A stretch of 20,000 nt of DNA from an uncultured virus (IMG/VR IMGVR_UViG_3300029998_000015). Its lineage: Duplodnaviria > Heunggongvirae > Uroviricota > Caudoviricetes. The stretch lies in IMG/VR virus record IMGVR_UViG_3300029998_000015; one strand, given 5' to 3'. This document shows, in pieces, positions 1-8,967 of the stretch (positions are counted from its first letter, which is position 1; every line of letters begins with the position of its first letter). The notes under the pieces were generated by a model, which saw only the letters and a program-made list of their open reading frames with translations, did no database searches and had not been told where the DNA came from. The translations under genes and the position numbers were made by a program.

Positions 1-314
1 TCATCATTTAAGGTAGAAATATTTTCTAACCATTGTATTTTATTTGTTTCATAAATTGATACAAATTGTTCTCTTACACAAGTTTTTATCCAATTAAATT
101 GGTTTATATTCATTCCAGATTTAATTTCTACATTTTCTAGTTTTATTTTTGATAAATTATCTTTATACCTTTCTAATTCTGATACATGAACTACATAATC
201 ATAATCATTACTAGAATTTGATTCATTTTCATTTAATTGAATAGTGCCAGTATAATATCCTTTTAGAATAATTGGCTCCTTTTTTTTGCCAAAAATTTTA
301 TTTAATAATTTCAT
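1..314 (-). CDS. Hypothetical protein, truncated by the window edge (MKLLNKIFGKKKEPIILKGYYTG...)
   Basis: Manual translation from ATG at 314 stays open to base 1; starts 2 nt after the stop of 317..934; missing from the ORF track because its stop is outside the window. Confidence 0.8.
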   Translation of the reverse strand, partial: MKLLNKIFGKKKEPIILKGYYTGTIQLNENESNSSNDYDYVVHVSELERYKDNLSKIKLENVEIKSGMNINQFNWIKTCVREQFVSIYETNKIQWLENISTLND

Positions 315-316
315 AT

Positions 317-934
317 TTAATTATTTTTTAATTTGTTACTCAATTCAATAAACATATCATACCAATCCTTTGGCTTGCAAATGTTTTCATCATCATATAT
401 TTTTGATTTAATTATATTCATTGAGCCAAAATCATATATTTTTCCAGTTTCTTTAATTTGAATACCAAAATTTAATATTCTCAATGCATGATAAATATTT
501 TTAGATGCATATTCAAAATTATCATCTTTATATGACAGTATAGCATTATGCCAACTTGATGATGCTAATGTTATAACTTTTTTAGAAAATTCTTTTTTAT
601 CAAATTTGGAAATTTTAAAATCAAAAGTTTTTTTAACTATCATATCTTCAGGTAAAAATAAACATTCTAATACTGACATTTGATAATTATTTATTGCATC
701 TATAAATCCTCCTCTTGAATAACAAGTTCCTTGAATTTCTCTATCAGATGATGATATTGCATTATCTTTAAATGATCCACTTGGTAATATTGATCTCTTA
801 TAAACTATGATATAATCAAAATCAGAATACTCATCTGCAGTCCCATATATTTGTGATCCGTATGGAAATATGTTCAATATCTCATTTATGTCTAAATGTA
901 ATTCATTACAAATTTCTTCTGCTGTATAGTTCAT
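317..934 (-). CDS. Nucleotidyltransferase, DNA polymerase beta superfamily
   Basis: hG[GS]..DxD signature PYGSQIYGTADEYSDFDY, plus a C-terminal helical region KNIYHALRIL typical of phage minimal NTase-like proteins. Confidence 0.8.
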   Translation of the reverse strand: MNYTAEEICNELHLDINEILNIFPYGSQIYGTADEYSDFDYIIVYKRSILPSGSFKDNAISSSDREIQGTCYSRGGFIDAINNYQMSVLECLFLPEDMIVKKTFDFKISKFDKKEFSKKVITLASSSWHNAILSYKDDNFEYASKNIYHALRILNFGIQIKETGKIYDFGSMNIIKSKIYDDENICKPKDWYDMFIELSNKLKNN

Positions 935-1290
935 TCTTTTAATATAAATTTTTTAAATATCATCTCTATAATCTCATCATCACTAGCGCCATATTGTTTA
1001 TTTTCAGAATCAATTATTGTATATCCTACTTCATCAGAAACATATTTTTTTATGTCTTCTAATTTAGAGTTATCTATTTCTTTCCAACCTTCTAAAATTT
1101 CATCTTGAATATCTTTGGTACTTTCACCACCTAATTCTACAATTAGTTTATCTGCATTATCATGATATGCACCATATGATTTAACTTTCCATCCAATACC
1201 AGCAACTTTAGCGTCTAACATTACATGAGACATTGCACTTCTTAACCATTCAAGTTCAATAATTATTTTTTTGCGATTCATTCTTTTCAT
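931..1290 (-). CDS. Hypothetical protein
   Basis: 119-aa ORF with a 4-bp ATGA overlap onto the downstream gene. Confidence 0.75.
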   Translation of the reverse strand: MKRMNRKKIIIELEWLRSAMSHVMLDAKVAGIGWKVKSYGAYHDNADKLIVELGGESTKDIQDEILEGWKEIDNSKLEDIKKYVSDEVGYTIIDSENKQYGASDDEIIEMIFKKFILKE

Positions 1291-1292
1291 AA

Positions 1293-1556
1293 CTAATATA
1301 CTATACTTTGTGAAATTTTTTTACCACATCTTTTACAAATATAAATAGGTAAAGTATATCCAGTTGAGTTATGATATGGAAATCCATCAACAGGATCAGT
1401 ATAACCTATTATTTCATCATTTTCAAAATCTACGTCAGGTTCTAATTCAGATAATTCTTCGCAATAACACCATTCGGGATTTTCTTTAATTTCCTTTTCT
1501 AATGCTATTTTACTACGAATTTCTTTATTTTTTTCTTTCGTTATTTTATTTGACAT
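1293..1556 (-). CDS. Small putative zinc-binding protein
   Basis: WCYC and CKRC cysteine pairs; tightly packed in the operon. Confidence 0.65.
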   Translation of the reverse strand: MSNKITKEKNKEIRSKIALEKEIKENPEWCYCEELSELEPDVDFENDEIIGYTDPVDGFPYHNSTGYTLPIYICKRCGKKISQSIVY

Positions 1557-1779
1557 GATTATTTGGTATTACAACATCAGTATTAGTATCAAATGAATTC
1601 ATGATAACTTGTAATGAAACGCCTAACTTAATTGTAGCGTCATAAAACATATGAACATCATCTATTTCTTCAAGCCAATTATCATGTCCATTTATACAAT
1701 GTCCATTGTTTTTGTTTTCCTTTGTAGTTCCACAAGTAATACAGATTGCTTCTGCAGAATGATAGTTATTTTCTATCAT
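1546..1779 (-). CDS. Small putative zinc-ribbon protein
   Basis: CITC...CINGH; overlaps both neighbours. Confidence 0.65.
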   Translation of the reverse strand: MIENNYHSAEAICITCGTTKENKNNGHCINGHDNWLEEIDDVHMFYDATIKLGVSLQVIMNSFDTNTDVVIPNNHVK

Positions 1780-2285
1780 ATAGTTTCAAGTTTTAATGTT
1801 TTTGTAATAGGGTCTAAAAGTACTATATTATACTTATCATCAGATAATATTGTATAATTTGATATTTGAGGATTTTTTACATTATCTTTTACTGTATAGC
1901 CATCAACATATACAACATTAGATTCTCTAATTTTCAATAAAATTAAGGAATGAATTTTTGTTTGTTTATTTGTATATTTAGGATAACATTCTCTCCACTT
2001 TTGATTTTTTACTATTATTTTTTTGAAAACTTCTTCAATTGAAAATTTGCCTATTTCACAAACATTTAAATATACTGAGAATTGATTTTGAATGGCATCA
2101 GCCATTTCTTCAATCAAATGATCCTCATCGTATGGTTTTTGTGTTATTCCAATAAGTTTACAAACTTCTGCGGAAAACTCACCATATTCTTCGTTATATT
2201 TAAGAAATCTTTCAAGAAATTTTTTACCATCAAGGTGATTTAATTCTGAAATTTCATTCAGAATTTTTTCTAATTCTATATTCAT
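1776..2285 (-). CDS. MazG-like all-alpha NTP pyrophosphohydrolase with C-terminal extension
   Basis: ExxE / ExxD motifs KYNEEYGEFSAEV and LIEEMADAIQ. Confidence 0.75.
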   Translation of the reverse strand: MNIELEKILNEISELNHLDGKKFLERFLKYNEEYGEFSAEVCKLIGITQKPYDEDHLIEEMADAIQNQFSVYLNVCEIGKFSIEEVFKKIIVKNQKWRECYPKYTNKQTKIHSLILLKIRESNVVYVDGYTVKDNVKNPQISNYTILSDDKYNIVLLDPITKTLKLETI

Positions 2286-2529
2286 TTATTTTTTCTAATT
2301 TTAATTTTCTAATATCTTGTTCTGAATAAAAATGAGCATTTACAAAATATTCTGAATAATAATGCTCATTAATTATATATGATATACTTGTAGTATATGA
2401 ATTATTGTAAATTACTTTATTGTATATTATATCTTGTATCTTGTATCTTGTATTTTTTTTGAATACTCCAGCAGATGTGATTTTATAAATGGATTTACAT
2501 TTACATAATAATTCATCTCCTATTTTCAT
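2254..2529 (-). CDS. Hypothetical small protein, possibly SH3-like beta barrel, with C-terminal RKLKLEKI segment
   Basis: ORF in operon; GDELLC...FKKNTRYKI pattern also seen in 15397..15732. Confidence 0.65.
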   Translation of the reverse strand: MKIGDELLCKCKSIYKITSAGVFKKNTRYKIQDIIYNKVIYNNSYTTSISYIINEHYYSEYFVNAHFYSEQDIRKLKLEKINEYRIRKNSE

Positions 2530-2532
2530 ATT

Positions 2533-2766
2533 TTAATCATTTATATTCTTACATAAATCACAACCACCTTCACAACCACAATGACTACACCATTCATCTC
2601 TTTCTTTTTTTGATAAATTTTTAAATTCTGTGCGACGTTTAATTGTATTATAAATTATACCTTTTTCCCTATTTATTCTAAGTTCACAGTTATCAAAATT
2701 ACAATCAGGGCCATCTGCTTTACAGCAATCATCATATACATACACTACACATTGTTTATATTTCAT
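2533..2766 (-). CDS. Cys-rich small protein, putative metal-binding
   Basis: DDCCK..DCNFDNC and WCSHCGCEGGCDLC; 4-bp overlap with the upstream gene. Confidence 0.65.
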   Translation of the reverse strand: MKYKQCVVYVYDDCCKADGPDCNFDNCELRINREKGIIYNTIKRRTEFKNLSKKERDEWCSHCGCEGGCDLCKNIND

Positions 2767-3629
2767 ATTTTAAATAATTTATTGTGCTCATTTGTTGATA
2801 ATTCATTGACAGCTTTTACTACCTTATCATAATCATTTCCATACATTGACGCGCAATTAAATGAATTTAGTTCAAGTAATTTATACTCATCATCAATTGT
2901 TTTACATACATCAATAGTATATGCTAAATCAGGTTGATATATTTTTGACATTTTAATTGCAAAATCTGTAGCTTTTTGATCTTGACAAATTCTATCATAA
3001 TAAGGATCAAATGTTCCAATATTTTCTTCATCAAAATATTGTGAGCCAGATACTACTATTCCATCTACCACAATAAAACGATATTCTTCTTTCAATTGTT
3101 GTCTATCAGATATTAATACTAAAGTGTTCATATCTAATCCGCAATATGATTTTGTTAATAAGCTAAATTCAGATTCAAAATTATTGAATGATAACATTTG
3201 TCCTGGAAATGATTTAAATCCATTAGAAGGCCTTATAAACACATGGGTATTAATAAAAGTACTAAAGATTTTATCTTTATTTCTTAATACATCATTTAGA
3301 CCCATCATCAGATAATCTTCATTAAGAAGATAATCACCAAAATATCCATAATAATTATAACATTCATAATTATCAATAGTCAAAAAAACTCCTGGATAAA
3401 TTGGTAGATGTGTTAATTGTCTGCCATGTCCAAGTGAGCCATGAAATATATTAATATTATTATTAGATGAAAATTCGCTAGTAATAAATTTTTTAAATGA
3501 TGAATTTTTTATCTCATCATAAAAACATACATTCGCTCCTGATTTTTTTATGGAATCAATTAAACGTTCTTCATATTCATCCCACAAATTTGTGTCAATT
3601 ATCCAGTTTATCATTTTTTCCTTTCTCAT
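2763..3629 (-). CDS. ATP-grasp domain protein, DUF4343/R2K-clade-like
   Basis: FIRPSNGFKSFPGQ, EEYRFIVVDG, YTIDVC and KLLELNSF (ExN) motifs. Confidence 0.8.
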   Translation of the reverse strand: MRKEKMINWIIDTNLWDEYEERLIDSIKKSGANVCFYDEIKNSSFKKFITSEFSSNNNINIFHGSLGHGRQLTHLPIYPGVFLTIDNYECYNYYGYFGDYLLNEDYLMMGLNDVLRNKDKIFSTFINTHVFIRPSNGFKSFPGQMLSFNNFESEFSLLTKSYCGLDMNTLVLISDRQQLKEEYRFIVVDGIVVSGSQYFDEENIGTFDPYYDRICQDQKATDFAIKMSKIYQPDLAYTIDVCKTIDDEYKLLELNSFNCASMYGNDYDKVVKAVNELSTNEHNKLFKI

Positions 3630-3686
3630 ATACAGTTTTTTACACTATATATTTTTTTAAATTATTAATTTTTAATTATATTAATT

Positions 3687-4238
3687 TTATATATTTACTC
3701 TGAAAAAACTATAAAAAATTTTATAACAGGATTGATATAATTCACCTAATTTGAATTTTTTTCTGCAAAGATTTTTTATTACATCATCATGTTCAAATGC
3801 CCAATGATAGTTATCAATATCAAATATATTAATCCATTTTACATTATTAACTTCATTTAATTCCCCTTCATTTCCTATGCCAATATTATTAGTATCATCT
3901 TTTTTACCTAATAGTGAGTAAAATCTATGAGTCACATTTTGTAAATATGCTGATGGCGAATCATTAATATCAAAACATACTAATTTATTATAATCAATTA
4001 CAAATTTACATTCTTCTTTTGTTTCTCTTGAACATGCCATTTTAAGTGTTTCACCATAATCTAAATGACCACAAGGGCAATTCCATAAGTATTTATGATT
4101 TGATGTACCAGAACCTCTCTGATTAGCTAACACCTGCAAATTTCCTTTATAATATCTAAATATAAAGCCAGCTACTCCAATATTTCTATGTACATAATAT
4201 TCTTTTCCATCAATACCTATTATTTTATGATTTTTCAT
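3687..4238 (-). CDS. Nudix hydrolase
   Basis: Nudix box G-x5-E-x7-RE-x2-EE: GHLDYGETLKMACSRETKEE; C-terminal WAFEH. Confidence 0.9.
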   Translation of the reverse strand: MKNHKIIGIDGKEYYVHRNIGVAGFIFRYYKGNLQVLANQRGSGTSNHKYLWNCPCGHLDYGETLKMACSRETKEECKFVIDYNKLVCFDINDSPSAYLQNVTHRFYSLLGKKDDTNNIGIGNEGELNEVNNVKWINIFDIDNYHWAFEHDDVIKNLCRKKFKLGELYQSCYKIFYSFFRVNI

Positions 4239-4252
4239 TTATTGAATATTTT

Positions 4253-4438
4253 TTATTGCTCAATCCAATGTTCATCTACAAATTTATATTCTATAAATTC
4301 TTTTTTTAAAAATGGAAATTTCCTACAAAATCGAATTTCATGTCGATAATAATAACGATCGCATTCAATTAATTCTGATGATTTATTATCTTCAGATAAA
4401 AAACCAAATTTACTCTTATTATAAATGTTTTTGCTCAT
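4253..4438 (-). CDS. Hypothetical protein
   Basis: 61-aa ORF filling the operon gap. Confidence 0.6.
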   Translation of the reverse strand: MSKNIYNKSKFGFLSEDNKSSELIECDRYYYRHEIRFCRKFPFLKKEFIEYKFVDEHWIEQ

Positions 4439-4592
4439 TTTTTAATTTAGTTAATTTAACATAATGTTCATGAATCTCTTCCCATGTATAAGTTTTAAAT
4501 GATTTAATATGAAACCATGCATCTTCTCTCAAATCATAAATATATTTATGATTTGTAAAGCACCATTTTGTAAATTCTATATCTTCTTTCAT
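4419..4592 (-). CDS. Hypothetical 57-aa protein (MKEDIEFTKWCFTNHKYIYDLREDAWFHIK...), not in ORF track
   Basis: Manual translation from ATG at 4592 to TAA at 4419-4421; fills the gap between co-oriented genes. Confidence 0.65.
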   Translation of the reverse strand: MKEDIEFTKWCFTNHKYIYDLREDAWFHIKSFKTYTWEEIHEHYVKLTKLKNEQKHL

Positions 4593-4598
4593 AATTTA

Positions 4599-6020
4599 TT
4601 ATATTTTTTCGCATTTATCTTGATAACCATAATGAAAAACTGACATAATATATAAATCAAGCATAGATTCATCTCTATCTTTAAAATAATCTAATGAAGA
4701 TTGTTCAAATCTATCTTTGATGTTTGGTACACATTTAAGTATATCATTTGTTGTTATATCAACACCATTCCAAATAACTTCATTCATTGGTGAATCTTGA
4801 ATTTGTTCATAATTATATTCACAAAATAGAATTTCTAATAATTCTTTTGCAGCATTCTGATAATCGTTATAATCTATAGATTCATCATTGTTAATAGAAT
4901 TAATTTTAGATTGATAACCATAATTTAAAATAGAAGTGATATATAAATCCAGCATAGAGTAATTTCTATCATTAAAAAAATCTTTTTTAAATCTATCTTT
5001 TATACTTGGTATAATTGATAGAATTTCGTTCGACTTTATTTCAACACCTTTCCAATCAATTTCTTTTAACTGAGTATTTTCAAATTTTTCATAAATCTCA
5101 TCACCAAATACTTTTTGAAATAATTGTTTTGATGCTTTTTGATATTTTGTATAAGTTTCTTTCTTTTTATTTTTATTAATATAATCATTTTTAAAATCTT
5201 CTTCAGAGAATCCTTTATCAAATTTTTTTAAAAAATTATTTAAAAAATCTATTTGTCTATTATGAAATTCAGTCCATGATTCCCATTTTCTATTAGTAAT
5301 TTCCTCTATGTCAGGACATATTTCAGAATCTTTATATCCCCAAGTTTTACGTAAATCTTTTATAGCTTTTGGACCTTTTTTATCATATTCAAGAAAATGA
5401 TTCAAATCTGATTTAATATTATTATCAGTTGGATAATATGTATTGTCTTTATATAATTCTTCATTAAAAAAGTATTTCAATGTTTCTTTACATAATATAA
5501 TTGATTCTTCTGTCCAATCTAGTTGCATAAATTCATTATTATAATACATATCACAAATAAGTGAAAACCCTTTACTAAATGGATATGGGCTAAATGAACG
5601 ATCGTTAATAACTTCAACTAAACTTGGCTTATAAAAAAAATCACATTCTTTTATTTTTTTATCAAATCTATAATATACATAATCATGATTATTATGAATT
5701 ACCTCAATAGGAGTTTCAATTCCACTAACATAATACATGACTGATTCAAAATAGTCTTTTGGTAATTCTTTGTATTTATCTTTACCATATGGTTTATCTT
5801 TAATTCTATCCCAGTCATCAGTTTCTTTATTTCTCTTATATTTTGGCTCTACTACATAGCCACCTTCTTCTGGTGTATTAGTTTCTGCTACTTCATAACC
5901 ATTACCAATTGAGAAAAAAATATGACTCAACACTTTAAGTTTTGAATTAAAATAATTATCACTTTTGTATAATGTTGGATAATTTTGAATGCTTCTTGAT
6001 ATAAAATCTTTTATTTTCAT
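4599..6020 (-). CDS. Hypothetical protein with a C-terminal tandem duplication of about 85 aa
   Basis: Start moved to ATG 6020 (MKIKDF) because the track start at 6074 lies inside a promoter/terminator; two copies of Y..YQ.A.K.L...W.GV.I..N.IL...P.IKDRF...SMLDLYI.S...YGYQ.K. Confidence 0.8.
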   Translation of the reverse strand: MKIKDFISRSIQNYPTLYKSDNYFNSKLKVLSHIFFSIGNGYEVAETNTPEEGGYVVEPKYKRNKETDDWDRIKDKPYGKDKYKELPKDYFESVMYYVSGIETPIEVIHNNHDYVYYRFDKKIKECDFFYKPSLVEVINDRSFSPYPFSKGFSLICDMYYNNEFMQLDWTEESIILCKETLKYFFNEELYKDNTYYPTDNNIKSDLNHFLEYDKKGPKAIKDLRKTWGYKDSEICPDIEEITNRKWESWTEFHNRQIDFLNNFLKKFDKGFSEEDFKNDYINKNKKKETYTKYQKASKQLFQKVFGDEIYEKFENTQLKEIDWKGVEIKSNEILSIIPSIKDRFKKDFFNDRNYSMLDLYITSILNYGYQSKINSINNDESIDYNDYQNAAKELLEILFCEYNYEQIQDSPMNEVIWNGVDITTNDILKCVPNIKDRFEQSSLDYFKDRDESMLDLYIMSVFHYGYQDKCEKI

Positions 6021-6043
6021 TTGTATATTATAAATAATTTTAT

Positions 6044-6075
6044 CAAAGATAATAATAATTTTTGATATAAACAAA
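6044..6075 (-). promoter_or_regulatory. Bacteroidota-type sigma-A promoter (-33 TTTG, -7 TAnnTTTG)
   Basis: Minus strand reads TTTG-N20-TATCTTTG, ending 23 nt upstream of ATG 6020. Confidence 0.7.
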
Positions 6076-6105
6076 AAAAATCACTTATTTTTCAATAAAT
6101 GATTT
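6073..6105 (-). terminator. Intrinsic terminator after the GNAT-like gene
   Basis: Minus strand AAATCATTTATT-GAAA-AATAAGTGATTT followed by a T-run. Confidence 0.65.
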
Positions 6106-6149
6106 AAAAAGATGCAAGATCATGATATATACTATAAATATATATATTC

Positions 6150-6767
6150 TTAATAATCATAAGAGTCTTTATATCCATATTTATTTTTAATTTCCTCTTT
6201 GCTTTTGTCCATTAATTCATATTCTTCTTCGGTAAATCTACCACTTATTCCTGGATATTGTATGCTTTTTTCTTTTATTGCGACTTTATATTTATTAGAA
6301 AAATCTAAAATAGATTTTCTTAAATATTTCCATCCTTCTACGGAATAGCCAGAAAATGCTAAAACATCATTTGAATAGGTTTTCGAAAAATAATCAAACA
6401 TTTTTTCAAGTAATTTTTTTGAAACTCCTATTTCAAAAAAATCTTTATTTGTAGATAAGTAACTAATTGAATATGAATTACTAGAATCCCAATGTGCAAA
6501 TTTACATATTCCTAATATATCAGTATCACTATGAGCTATTATTAATCTACATGTATCATTATATTTCTTTGATCCTCCATAAGATTGCATATCAATATAA
6601 TCGAAATATTGTATTTTTTTCTTTAAATTATACCTTTCATATCCAAATTCATAATTATGATAGTCATTTTTGTTAATAAATTTACTATAAAAATCACTAG
6701 CTTCTTTAATAGTAAAGATATCAATTTTATAATCAACATCTTTTTTACATGAAATAATATTGTTCAT
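6150..6767 (-). CDS. GNAT-like acetyltransferase fold protein
   Basis: ILGICKF...SISYLSTNKDFFEIGVSKKLL resembles the acetyl-CoA binding motif A, in degenerate form. Confidence 0.55.
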   Translation of the reverse strand: MNNIISCKKDVDYKIDIFTIKEASDFYSKFINKNDYHNYEFGYERYNLKKKIQYFDYIDMQSYGGSKKYNDTCRLIIAHSDTDILGICKFAHWDSSNSYSISYLSTNKDFFEIGVSKKLLEKMFDYFSKTYSNDVLAFSGYSVEGWKYLRKSILDFSNKYKVAIKEKSIQYPGISGRFTEEEYELMDKSKEEIKNKYGYKDSYDY

Positions 6768-6790
6768 ATGTTTATGTATTAATTAGAGTG

Positions 6791-6798
6791 TAAAGATA
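6791..6798 (-). promoter_or_regulatory. Variant Bacteroidota-type -7 element (TATCTTTA)
   Basis: TATCTTTACA on the minus strand, 23 nt upstream of ATG 6767, the same spacing as the 6044 site. Confidence 0.45.
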
Positions 6799-6799
6799 C

Positions 6800-6829
6800 A
6801 AAAAAAAAGATTGTATAAAACAATCTTTT
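6800..6829 (-). terminator. Intrinsic terminator after thioredoxin
   Basis: Inverted repeat AAAAGATTGT-n5-ACAATCTTTT followed by a long T-run on the minus strand. Confidence 0.65.
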
Positions 6830-6857
6830 AACTTTTTTTTAATTATTATAATAAATA

Positions 6858-7193
6858 TTACAAATTGCTATTTATTTGTTCAATTAATTTATTTTTTTGA
6901 GTCATTCCAGTAAAAGTTACTTTTTCTCCTTTAGTATTTATGATAATAGTAGTTGGTATACTCTTTATTGAAAATATTTCTGAAATTTCAATTTCATCTT
7001 CTACGTCTACTGAATAAAATGTCATATCTTTAATTTCATTTGAAACATTTTCAAATATTGGAGTATAAGACTTACATGGACCGCACCATAAGGCACTGAA
7101 TTTCAACGCAATAGGTTTATCATTTTTGAATTTTTGAGTTTCAAAATCCATAATTTTTTCCTTGAATGTTTCTAATGTTAAATGTTCTATCAT
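6858..7193 (-). CDS. trxA: Thioredoxin
   Basis: WCGPC active site, VDVED and cis-Pro SIPT motifs; 111 aa. Confidence 0.95.
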   Translation of the reverse strand: MIEHLTLETFKEKIMDFETQKFKNDKPIALKFSALWCGPCKSYTPIFENVSNEIKDMTFYSVDVEDEIEISEIFSIKSIPTTIIINTKGEKVTFTGMTQKNKLIEQINSNL

Positions 7194-7315
7194 GAGTTAT
7201 TTTTATTTTTTTGTATTAAAAACTGTTTAAATAGTTTAAAATATATTGAGACATTATATATTAAAAAAACTTATTGTAAAACATTTTTTATAAGGAAATC
7301 CGTGTTACAAAGATG

Positions 7316-7927
7316 TTAAATTTTTAAAAATGTAATATCATCGGGGTTAAATCCTTCAGGAATATAATCTTCTATAATATCTTCTTCAATGAAATCATCA
7401 TCTTCTTCTTCATCTTCTTGAATAAATATTATTCTTACTGCATTTATTTTATCATCTTTAGTAGAGTATAAGCATACATATGAACCATCTCCAAATCCTG
7501 TTCTTGAAACTACTCCAAAAACTAAATTACCTCCTAATTCATTAGTATCAGTAATATCACAACAATTACCATAAAAAGATGATTTATCACCCCATTCACC
7601 AATTTCATCCTTAGTTTTTGGATATTTAGAATCATCAAAAATTCCGCATTGACCTGAATCAACTCCAACATCAATACCTGAATCTTTCCAGCTATTGTTA
7701 TTTATTATATCTAAAACATTTTCAATTGATTCATCTCCAAATATTGCAATATTTTCAGATACTCTATTACCAAATTTTTTTTCATCACTATATTTTATAA
7801 ATGATGTCCATTTTCCTATATTACAATTTTGTAGAATTCCACTACACCAAACAGTTTTATCATAGCATGGATCAGTAATTCTTAATATATCACTTTCAGT
7901 ATTAAATTTTCCAATTTTTTTAATCAT
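7316..7927 (-). CDS. DUF4241-like protein with acidic tail
   Basis: LRITDPCY, VGVDSGQCGIFD and TGFGDGSY motifs; family recalled from memory. Confidence 0.6.
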   Translation of the reverse strand: MIKKIGKFNTESDILRITDPCYDKTVWCSGILQNCNIGKWTSFIKYSDEKKFGNRVSENIAIFGDESIENVLDIINNNSWKDSGIDVGVDSGQCGIFDDSKYPKTKDEIGEWGDKSSFYGNCCDITDTNELGGNLVFGVVSRTGFGDGSYVCLYSTKDDKINAVRIIFIQEDEEEDDDFIEEDIIEDYIPEGFNPDDITFLKI

Positions 7928-7947
7928 ATAATTTGTTTTTTATTTAT

Positions 7948-7955
7948 CAAAGATA
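7948..7955 (-). promoter_or_regulatory. Bacteroidota-type -7 promoter element
   Basis: ATTATTATTATCTTTGATAAA on the minus strand, the same string as around 6044-6051; 20 nt upstream of ATG 7927. Confidence 0.65.
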
Positions 7956-7987
7956 ATAATAATATTCCATATAAAAAAATATTTTAT

Positions 7988-8001
7988 AAAATTATATATA
8001 G
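7988..8001 (+). promoter_or_regulatory. Putative phage late promoter AAAATTATATATAG
   Basis: Identical 14-mer at 14077-14090; heads the plus-strand gene block. Confidence 0.45.
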
Positions 8002-8020
8002 GAAAAACAAAATATTTATC

Positions 8021-8236
8021 ATGTGGAAATATACCAATGTTACTTTTATTTATTCAAATCCAGTTGATTCAAAACATGGTGAAAAAGGTGTAGCTCCTGT
8101 TATATATACGTACGTAAAAAGTAAGTATGCAGTTTTACAGGCATTAACATTTTTTGTTCAAGAATATTATCCATGTGGTGTTTATACAAGTTTTGATCCA
8201 AGAACAGTTAAATATAACAAACCAGTTAAAGTATAA
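8021..8236 (+). CDS. Hypothetical protein
   Basis: 71-aa ORF after the TATATA motif with an A-rich leader. Confidence 0.7.
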   Translation: MWKYTNVTFIYSNPVDSKHGEKGVAPVIYTYVKSKYAVLQALTFFVQEYYPCGVYTSFDPRTVKYNKPVKV

Positions 8237-8250
8237 AATAAAAAACAATT

Positions 8251-8907
8251 ATGATTAAAAAATTTTCAAATTTTAAATTATTGAAAGAAAATCCAAGTTA
8301 TATACGTGATGAAAATGGTGATAAGCTATGTGATATGGATGATTTAGATTCTAAACCTTTTTATTGCGATGTAAATGATAAACACACAAATGTATTAAAT
8401 GTGTATTTTGGTGAGTTTAAAGATTCTCATTTTAATGCAGGTTCTGAAATAGATAATCCAAGTTATCCTGGAAGATTATGGACAAAAAGTAAAATAATTT
8501 CTTTTTGGACATATCCTAATGTGGAATTGTTTAAATCTATAATTAAAAAAATAGAGAGTGAATTAAAAATTAAAATTTTTAATAATGGTTGGAGAATAGA
8601 AGTAGTTAGAATGAATGGTGAAATAGTAAATACTGAGTACAGTGAAGATAACGATGATTATTATAATTCTGATGTAGATTTTGATATGGAAGATTTAATT
8701 TCTATTGATAATTATTCAGGTTCAGAAAATGTACCAGAAAGAGAAAAATTGTGGCATTTAATGAATGCAAAGGAAAAATCAGATAAAATAGCATCAGGTA
8801 ATCGTCCTCAAATATATGGTGGTTCTTATAAAACAGCTTGGGGTACAATGAATGACATTAGATGGAGACAAGCAAAATATTCATCTGAGGGAAAACATTA
8901 TAAATAA
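8251..8907 (+). CDS. Hypothetical protein with N-terminal MIKKF..F.L..E leader
   Basis: 218-aa ORF; core YPGRLWTKSKIISFWTYP; family not recognised. Confidence 0.8.
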   Translation: MIKKFSNFKLLKENPSYIRDENGDKLCDMDDLDSKPFYCDVNDKHTNVLNVYFGEFKDSHFNAGSEIDNPSYPGRLWTKSKIISFWTYPNVELFKSIIKKIESELKIKIFNNGWRIEVVRMNGEIVNTEYSEDNDDYYNSDVDFDMEDLISIDNYSGSENVPEREKLWHLMNAKEKSDKIASGNRPQIYGGSYKTAWGTMNDIRWRQAKYSSEGKHYK

Positions 8908-8967
8908 TTTATTATTAAAAAAGGAAATCTAAAATTTTATATATAAAAACAAAAATAATTTCGTAGA

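Noticed and set aside
6021..6074. Track start of the 491-aa ORF, and likewise 14050 for the ankyrin gene
   Set aside because: The extensions run through promoter-like intergenic DNA; ATG 6020 and ATG 14116 fit better
7316..7927. MIKKIGKFNTE as another leader-bearing protein
   Set aside because: Loose match only, no C-terminal tag, and the gene follows a host-type promoter
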